Program-made: the position numbers and the translations under genes
Part shown: positions 52,501 through 61,500 of the stretch, piece by piece
How positions within the stretch are numbered: the first letter of the stretch is position 1
Layout of the letters: each line of letters starts with the position of its first letter
The notes under the pieces: model-generated
What the model saw: the letters and a program-made list of their open reading frames with translations, nothing else
Databases searched by the model: none
What the model was told of the DNA's origin: nothing
Assembly: GCA_949358305.1 (NCBI GenBank)
Contig: OX442314.1
Span: 496,001-560,000, forward strand
Source of the DNA: Strigamia acuminata
Lineage: Eukaryota
Length of the DNA: 64,000 nucleotides
Direction: 5' to 3'

Positions 52501-55500
52501 GACGGACGAGAGAAAATTGATTGAATTTTGGTGACAAATGGTTGGGACATTGCGAGTTTGGGCCGTGTCGCTTAAGAATCGTTGGGAAGATTTATTGTTT
52601 AATCATGAGAAGCTGGCGCAGGTTTTTGCGAAAACGCCGTCTTGCACCCGCCTTTACGCCGATCGATGGCGCTCGTGGGCGGTGCGGATGGCGGATGGCG
52701 AATCGATCGATCCAACAGACAAATTCACTTCCGCGTGGGAGGAATCTAATTTAATACGCACAAACGAATAATTAGGGAATATTGGTCGGCAAAGAAAACA
52801 AGCAATAGGTATTATTACGGATTTAATACGTCAAAGCAGATTTTCTTTCTCTCTTTCTTGTTGCTAATTGGGAAAAGTAGCTATTTTTTGTTGACATTTG
52901 AAGTAACTGTTATTAATAACCACACTTGTCGACACTAGGTGTCTTCAATTTCAAATTGTGAAAAAAAACTGATTATACAAACAAATCGGCAAATAATTTC
53001 TTATCAGGAAATGAATACATTAATATAGAGTTTGCGGACATGCCTTTATCCTTATAAAAATTGATTCTTAAGATCTTATAGTATTATAACCTTATGAAGT
53101 TACGAACTTGGTTGCGGCAAATTTCCTTATAACCCTAAGTTATGTTCGTAAACTAGAAATTTTGATCACATGATAGCATGATCAAAACAACATGGATAGA
53201 GTAAGTGAAACTCTTGTAGGCTCTCTCCACAGGACAATACCCAATTTGAGAAATCATAAGGAAACGACTTCCGATTGGCTGCCTTATTTTATAAGATACT
53301 TTCATAAAAATCCATTTCCCTTATGCTTATAGTCCGTCCTTATGCTTATGATGCCATATTTTTAGCAGGAAAGTTAATGTTTGTTATTTTATATTTGTTT
53401 TTAAAAAATTTTAATATAATTAATTTTAATTTTTTAACATATATAAAATAACAAACATTAATATTACTGCTAAAAATAAATAAAAAAAATAAAAGTAAAA
53501 ATTGTCACAGACAACAGGATTTGAACCTGTGTAGAAAGATTCCTGATTCATTGCCTTAACCACTGAGCCACCACAACACACTATTGTTGCCTTCATGCAG
53601 GCAGTCATGTTGGTGAATAAAGTTATGATGTCATATGTCATGTGATATCAAATTACCTGGGTTCCAGAGTAAGGTTTGAACAGGCTAATCACCAAGTGTA
53701 GTGCTACACTTGACCTTTTTACTCAAAAAATCAAAAAATGGTGTTTCAACACACAGTAAGGAATCCTGTGTGTTTTTCAACACACAGTAAGGAATCCTGT
53801 GTGTTGTAACTGTTTATAACAATGTGAGAGAGAGGTGCATTTTAATATGAGAAAAAGAGATTGTTTAGGTCATGTGAATGTTTTATTTACAAACAATTTT
53901 AACAATTGTGGATTACACACTCTTGCGGTCTCCTTGTTAGCCACGTATGTCAATAAAACAGAAGACATGAGATAGATTCTGAAGTGAACACAGACTACAG
54001 CCTCCTCTTGTTTACTCTGCGTGATATCGTATCCGATGACAATTTCTGTTGACTGTTTCGATGCAATGCAATACAGTTAGCAATTGTGATGTACACCCTG
54101 ACCGAGCGTTGCGGATGTATCACGGGAAACTCTTCACTCAACTTGAATTATAAGAGTTTCTTCAAATAACATTAACATTAATTTAATAATAGAAAAGTGA
54201 CAATATTTACAATAAATAAAAGCTAAAACAAGAAGATATATGGTAATCTTAAAAATAGCACATTAAACTTAAATAAATCAAAGAATATTAATTATTAGAT
54301 TAGATGCATAGAATCATGCATCACACAATGGTTAGGGGCCCCAAAGAGCATTCAAATCATAAGCAGGAGGTCCTTTTCTTCATTTTGCTTTAAGGCGAAA
54401 AATGTGTAATTGTGGGTGATGTCATGAGCAGAACGGTAGAAAATTGACTCTTCTCTTTGTTTTTGACATCCCGAAAGATAGAAATTTAATTTTTCTCAAA
54501 AGGACTGCCCTGCTAGGCAAATCATTTCCCCCTGCAGTGTAGTGCTCAAATATGGGTATACAGTAACAGTTATTTGTCAACAAACTTGAAAATGAGTCAA
54601 CATAAACATAAACGTTAAATTCGTCTTTTGACATTTTGTTTTAAATAAATAAATTTTTCTTTTGTTATGGGACAAGATTAACAGTTTGCATTTTTACACT
54701 AGGTGCATTCCAAAACTCCCGTTTCAGCCATGTCGTGTTATCAGGTATGACGTCACATCGGGAAAAATTCCGTGTCTGTGGCGCTAACACGGCTGAAACG
54801 AAAACGAGTATGAAAGCACGTTTTAGCAGACACGATTTGTGTGTTAGGACTGCCATCGATGGTGCTTGGATTTTGGCGCGATTGTTGATGTGAATTCGTC
54901 GGCTGTTATAAACCTAGCCATTCTTCCATCCACAAATAAATAAAATTAGTCAGAATTTGAACATTTTATAAAGATTTTTAAATATTTTATAAATATTTCG
55001 TAAAACAAAATTGCTAAAACAAGGGCAAAATTTTTTTTTGTTTTGACGTTCCTAAACAGGCCTAAAACGACCATAAAACGACACAGAACTGAAACGCCTA
55101 ACACTGGGTTTTGGAATGCACTTACTAAAAATCCCTGACTTTTACACTAAATTTCTGAATATCACCACTATTTTTCCTTATTTCTACACAAAATAAATTC
55201 ATACACATCAAGGACTGGTTTAGGTTAGGTTAGGTTAGGTTAGGTAGAAAAAAGAAGGCGGGGTCGTGTAAAATTTATTTTTTTTTAGTGTACAAATAAG
55301 GGAAAAGAGTGTACAAATAAATGGAACCCACATATCATTGCTAAATGCGCTAAAACGATAACTTGAGGATTTGTTTACTTGCAGCAAACTCTCTTATTGC
55401 CTGTTTATCTACCTGCAGTCATTATGAAATTGTTAAAAATGAACAATAGAGAAGTAGTTCGTAAAATATATCTTTCTACTGTAGGAGAGGAAGCCGCTGA

Positions 55501-58500
55501 TTAAAAATAGCAATTACTGGTGTACTGATTATTTTTAGAACCAATCTCCAATCTTGACCTGCTAGTCCGGTCCGGATACAGTTTCAGTTGCAGTTTCAGC
55601 CTTTGTTCCAGCCAGCCACTTTAAATACATTTATTTTGCCTTGAATATAGGATATACTAGTGGAAAGCATAAGTTTGGAAACATCAATAATTCCAAAAAA
55701 TATTTTTTCTTTCACCTTTGTTGTGTGGAAATAAATGATTGACAAATATGACGAGTTAATACACATTGTTGCCCTTTTATTCAGCCTCAAAACAAAGTGT
55801 TTGAACTTAAAAAAAAATAAAAAATGAGAGAGAAATGATGATTTTTCTTCATCTGTTCCGAAGCAAAAATATGGAAATATGTGTTTCTTGTTGCAAAAGT
55901 TTAGAAACTTGAAGTAAAAAAATTAAAACCACCATTATAAATGACTTTTACCTCAGTATTTGTTAGGATGGCGCTTTCTCCTGATCACTGCAGCAATCCT
56001 TCTCGCCATTGATGATGTCAGTTTTTGTCATCCTCTGTGGTGATTGATTCTCACACTTGTGTTATTGCAGCTTTCATTTCTGGGTTTGTGAGCTCTTAAT
56101 CGTTTCTTCATCAGCAGCTAAATATTTTCCATCGGATTCATATCTGGTGAGTTACCTCACCATGGTAAAAGTGATTTTTTTTGTTTAAAACCATTTCATT
56201 GTGGTCTTGGCCATATGGAAGGGTGCTCTATCTTGTATGAAGGTTACTTGTTGGCCCAAATAAAACTCTCTTTGATGGCAATAGACTTTCCTTGAGAATC
56301 TGCTGATATTTCCCAGCATTCACTGTTTCTTCTATGAATGTTAACTGTCCTGGACCTTTGGAGGATATGCAAACCCAGATCATTAGGTTGAGGGAATACT
56401 TCACAGCTGTGTTCAGACATTTTTGATTATTTTTTTTGCCTTTTCATCGTCAAACATGGACTCCCTGGTCCCCAAATGAAAAGTAGAACTTAGAATTATC
56501 GAAGAAAATAACCGAATTCCACATTTCCGTGGCTCATGCATGCCACTTACTAATTTGTTTGTTGTTCATGTATGATTTGCATCCTGGAACTCCGGATCTG
56601 TAGCTCATACTTTTAAGTTTCCATAGAACAGTGTCTTTTGGGACTGTTATACCTGGTTTAAGTTGCCATTTAATGTGTTATTCATTGGCAAAGAGCTTTG
56701 GTTGATTCCTGACAAGTGTTTTGAGGATCTGAATCTTGCATTCTGTAGATTTTAAGGGTCTTCCAGAACGTTTTCTAGCCGATTTGACCTTTCCACCATC
56801 TTCTTTTACACATTTACAAGCATTTGTTGATGCTTGATGGGGACATCTTCAAAAAGTTAGCAATTTCAGTCAAGAGTTTTCTTCTTAGCTCGGATGTTCA
56901 CTAAAATTTGTTTTTCATCCGCACTTAACATCATGTTTGATCTTAAGTGATTTTATGTTACACTCACGTGACTAGTTATCTGATTTGACTATGTATATGC
57001 TTCTACGTCATGTGTAATCGTCAAGTTTCTAAACTTTTGCAACAGGGAACACATATTTCCATATTTTTGCTTCAGAACAGATGAAGAAAAATCGTCATTT
57101 TTCTCTCATTTTATATTTTTTTTTTAGTTCAAACACTTTGTTTTGAAGCTGTATAAAAGGGCAACAATGTGTATTAACTCGTCATATTTGTCAATCATTT
57201 ATTTCCACACAACAAAAATGAAAGAAAAAATATTTTTTGGAATTATTGATGTTTCCAAACTTATGCTTTCCACTAGTACAGTCGCAACTCTTTATAACGA
57301 ATCGCGATATAACGAATTATCGATGTAACAAATTGTTAAAAATGATTTGGTTGACCAGCCGTAGAAAACCATGTTAAATATTTTTGATATAACGAATTTC
57401 AATATAACGAATTTTCAAAACTGAGACTCACAACTGCCGATGCCCATATGTAGAAACCAAAGGAAAATGAAAAATTTACTGTTTTAGAATGACTGCCAAC
57501 CAAAAGGCAATTCAGCGAACCGATTTCTCAGGTCCCTTACGATTTGTTTTAACGAGGCTCGACTGTATTTTAATGAGTATTAAACAGTCGTTTTGAAACT
57601 GAGCTCGTCCTTATTGGTTGCGAAGGATGACATGATGAGTAATTTGTGTCCTTGAGCTTGTGATATGCCCAACCAATGGGAGTTTGTCACAAGGGTTTGT
57701 AAACAGTGAAGGTCAATAAACATGACTATCAAAAGGTCAATAAAGTTGGACATTCATTCAGGGCGGATTGAACATTGAGCGATCAGGTATCCCCTGAAGA
57801 CGAAGAGAAGAGACAAACGTTTTGAAGTAGAACTACTCTATGTCAAGGAGGACACCACCACTACTCTTGTGACGGAAGTAATTCCAGAATAAACAATACC
57901 ACTATAGAAAGCAATTTATACTTGAGGTCAATCCAAATATTTTATTTCCATCACTTTCACAGGAGTATGAGGATATATGGATTTGACTAGTACAATCAAT
58001 CATGGCAATAATTCAGGTTTAGTGATTTGTGAAAGAAAGAGGAGCGATAATTGGATGCGACACAAATTGTGAGCAATTATGTGTTGGTCACGCATTTTGT
58101 TGTGCCGGCTTTATTTGGAAGTGAGCCTGGACACGTGAACAGCACGTTTACTAACAAGGACTGTTTCAACCAATCCACAAAACTAGGGAATGTGGACTTC
58201 CATCACTGGCAGCATCTCATTAGTGGACACTAATGAGCATGACCATGTGGTAGAAAGTCACTAGTAGGGCTTAAAAATTTACATGTTGTGAACAAGGGGC
58301 CAACCACTGTATCCATCGGGCCTACCACCCAGTTTCTGACTCAGGATTTTATGTTAGCAGGGATTCAGCGGTGTTCATTTTACTTTCAAGATTTTTACAA
58401 AAAAAATTGTAATATACTCTGAACGGATACAACGTTGACCTAATTCCAGCCGGATTATGCCTAACTGTGGACTGTGCTCTACTGTGTGGAAAAGTAGTTC

Positions 58501-61500
58501 TGATTCAAAGCATCACCTTTGACAATGAAACAAGTGTTGGTAATCAATCACAATGTCTGGAGTTTGATTACAATTCTGGTGTAACTTTGTGTAACTTTGT
58601 TCGGTCAATGTTTTTACGGTATTTCAACTAATTGTCAGAAAGGATAAGTGAAATGTTGATGCTATCGAGAGCGGAAACTTTAAGACTTTATCTTGCGGCT
58701 TGGCTTTCCTTTCCCTTGTTTTCGATCGAACAAGATTTTTCAATTGTAAAAACTAAAGCTCAAGAGATGGACTGGGTGGCTTGTTGATCTTTAATAGTGA
58801 ATATTCAACCAAACCAGAGAAATCTGTCAAGTCTTTTGCATCTGCTGTTCAAGCGTACTTAGCAACTACTTCAACTTTCTCTGCAAAGACCAGATGCTCA
58901 GTTTAACCTCATTATAGTGCCACGTGTTACAGAGGGAGAGAGAGGACTTGTCAGACCAGAAACACAAGACAACATGCAAGTAAAAGTGACCCCCAACCTA
59001 AACCTTAACTACTGATGGAGTTGTTGGTTAAGAAGTTACAACTTGCAACAAAGCTACAGTAATACACAGTATGTCTCTCTGGAGTTTTCAAAGCTAGTCT
59101 TGTCAGAAATGTGACCTACACAGTAAAACTAACTTGCTCAAGCAGTTTTTTCTTGTGGTGAACTTATTTTCTTTGCTTTTATCAAACAAAACAATTGAAT
59201 TTAACTCTTAGGCCTATTTCCTCTCTTTTTTTAGGTGGACACAGAAGCAAGTTTGCAAATGATAAAGTGGTATTTCCTGCTACACTAGCAAGTAAGTTGA
59301 TCTAATATGGAATAGAAAATATTGTAGATGAAGTTTTTTCAAACTTTTTACCATTGCGACTCATTTTTAAGAATGGCGATCTTCCGCACCCCACTTCGTT
59401 ATCAATGCATTAAATTTTTCCTATCCTGCAAAATTCATCACTTTGGGGTCTTACAATAGCTACAAATCTCCATTTTTGGGAGTTTTGGTTGGTTTTTGGA
59501 GGATTTTGGGTTGTTTTTGTAGATTTTGAGAAATTTTTGTGAGTATTTTGAAGCTTTTGCTAGTCTGCGGTGTATTGCAACCGTAAGTTGGAATTGGAAT
59601 TGACAAAAATTGAAAGAAAAATTAAAAACAAATTTTGTAAACAAAAAATTTGGGCGACGAAGTGATAGAACATCGTTGCACCCCACCAAAAATCAGCTCG
59701 TGTCCCACAGTTTGAGAAGCACTGTTGTAGATTATGTTAATTACATTATGCAATCACCGTCCTATGGGATTGCTTTTGTGCACCCCGTTGTTCATTGTTT
59801 TCAATGCTTCTCGGTGAAATTAGGGTGCATTAATGTGCACTGTGCGGTTGCAACGCTCTATCCTATACCTCGAGCCGGCAGCACATTTTCAAACTGCAGG
59901 CGCTCTTGAAACTATTGATGCATTAGTCATTCCTGGCCACAAAATCAGCACAGGGATTCCTGAAGCGCCTGCAGTTACAGTTAGTAAATGTGCAAGTCGG
60001 CCGTGACATATACTACGTTTACATGCACTGAATATTTTGAGTGGTGAATAATTTGAGTGGTGAAAAAATCAAATTGTTGTGTTTACATGCAGAAAATAAT
60101 TTGTTATCACGTTTGTATTTCGAACAATGGGGAAGTGCTGGTAGCGTTGGACGCATGCGCAATAAAAATAGTTCACTCGAATTAAACAACCTTCTGCGAG
60201 GGATTATTCATTACTCGAATAATCCTTGTCATCTCTGTTTACATGACAGTTGTGCACACGGAATATTTCATCTCACTCGAAATATTCCATGCATGTAAAC
60301 ATAGTAATAGTGACATTGGAATCGTCATGTTTTAACACCTAATTTGTGTTTTTACCGTGACGAATGTGCAATTTTGCAAAATATTTTGCGAACCTAAAGG
60401 CTCGTTTACATTGTTGCGAAATTGCGTTCGAATTGATACGAACGCGACAATTTCGCGCGTGAAAGTTTGTGTGGCAACCCTTCGCACGCGAAATTTCAGA
60501 GTAGACCTGAGGTCTACTTTTTGGCTTCGCTTGGAAAGTTTGCACGCGTTGGCCAATGACAGACGAGATAGCGTATGTCGTCACCAACTTCACAATTGAT
60601 TCAAAATGGCAGCACCACGTTGGACAAGTGAAACGAGACTTCACTTCATCACTTCTCTTTGCTTCATTGAGAACATGAGAAGCAAATCTTTTCATGTGAA
60701 TCTTTGGGCGCGACCATTTCGCGTGCTAAATTTCGCAACAATGTAAACTAGCCTTAAGAGGTGCCAGAGTGAAAAGGTTGAGAATCATCGGTTCTTAACT
60801 CTTGACTTTTAAAATAAAAGTATTGTTTTGAGCTAATTTTTTTACTGGTGTCACTTAAGACATTTTTCTCAAGTGGCGTTGCACCCCCAGGGAGTGTGTG
60901 CACGTGCACGTGCACCACCGGTGAATGAAGAAGTGCCGGTCTAATAAATGTAGGCACATTTTGTCTAGACATTTTTAGCACTTAATGTAGTTTTGATGAA
61001 AATGTTGGTTAATTAAGTCGCTCAGCTGTAATTAGTAATTACGCTCGACGTGTGAAATGTCAGGAAAATTAAACGTAAAAGAAGTAAATGTTTAACAAGA
61101 AAAATGGTCGATCGATAAGAATTTTAAGGAACGTGTCGCTCGCATCATTTTCGAATTAATAAATGAATGTAGGGAATAAATTCATGCTAATATGTGCCGT
61201 AACTTTGGAAATTAGACACATGTTGTTGACATTGGTTTTCTTCGACAACTCATTTGATTATTCATTATTCCAATGAGGATGCGGCATTTCAATAAGATTT
61301 GAAAAGATATTTATGGAAATTGTTTTTCTCAAATTTTTCTCAAATTGATTAGTTGGGTACATCAGTGACATAACTGAGTTCAGCGTTTCCCAAACTATGA
61401 GGCGTGCCTAACTGGTGGAGCGCACCCATCACGCATGCCTAAATAGGACAAGCTTTTTTTGCAAACTTATGTAAAATTTTATGCAAAATTATATAAAATT

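Noticed and set aside
53506..53578. Functional tRNA gene
   Set aside because: A and B boxes are present, but acceptor and anticodon stems do not pair properly.
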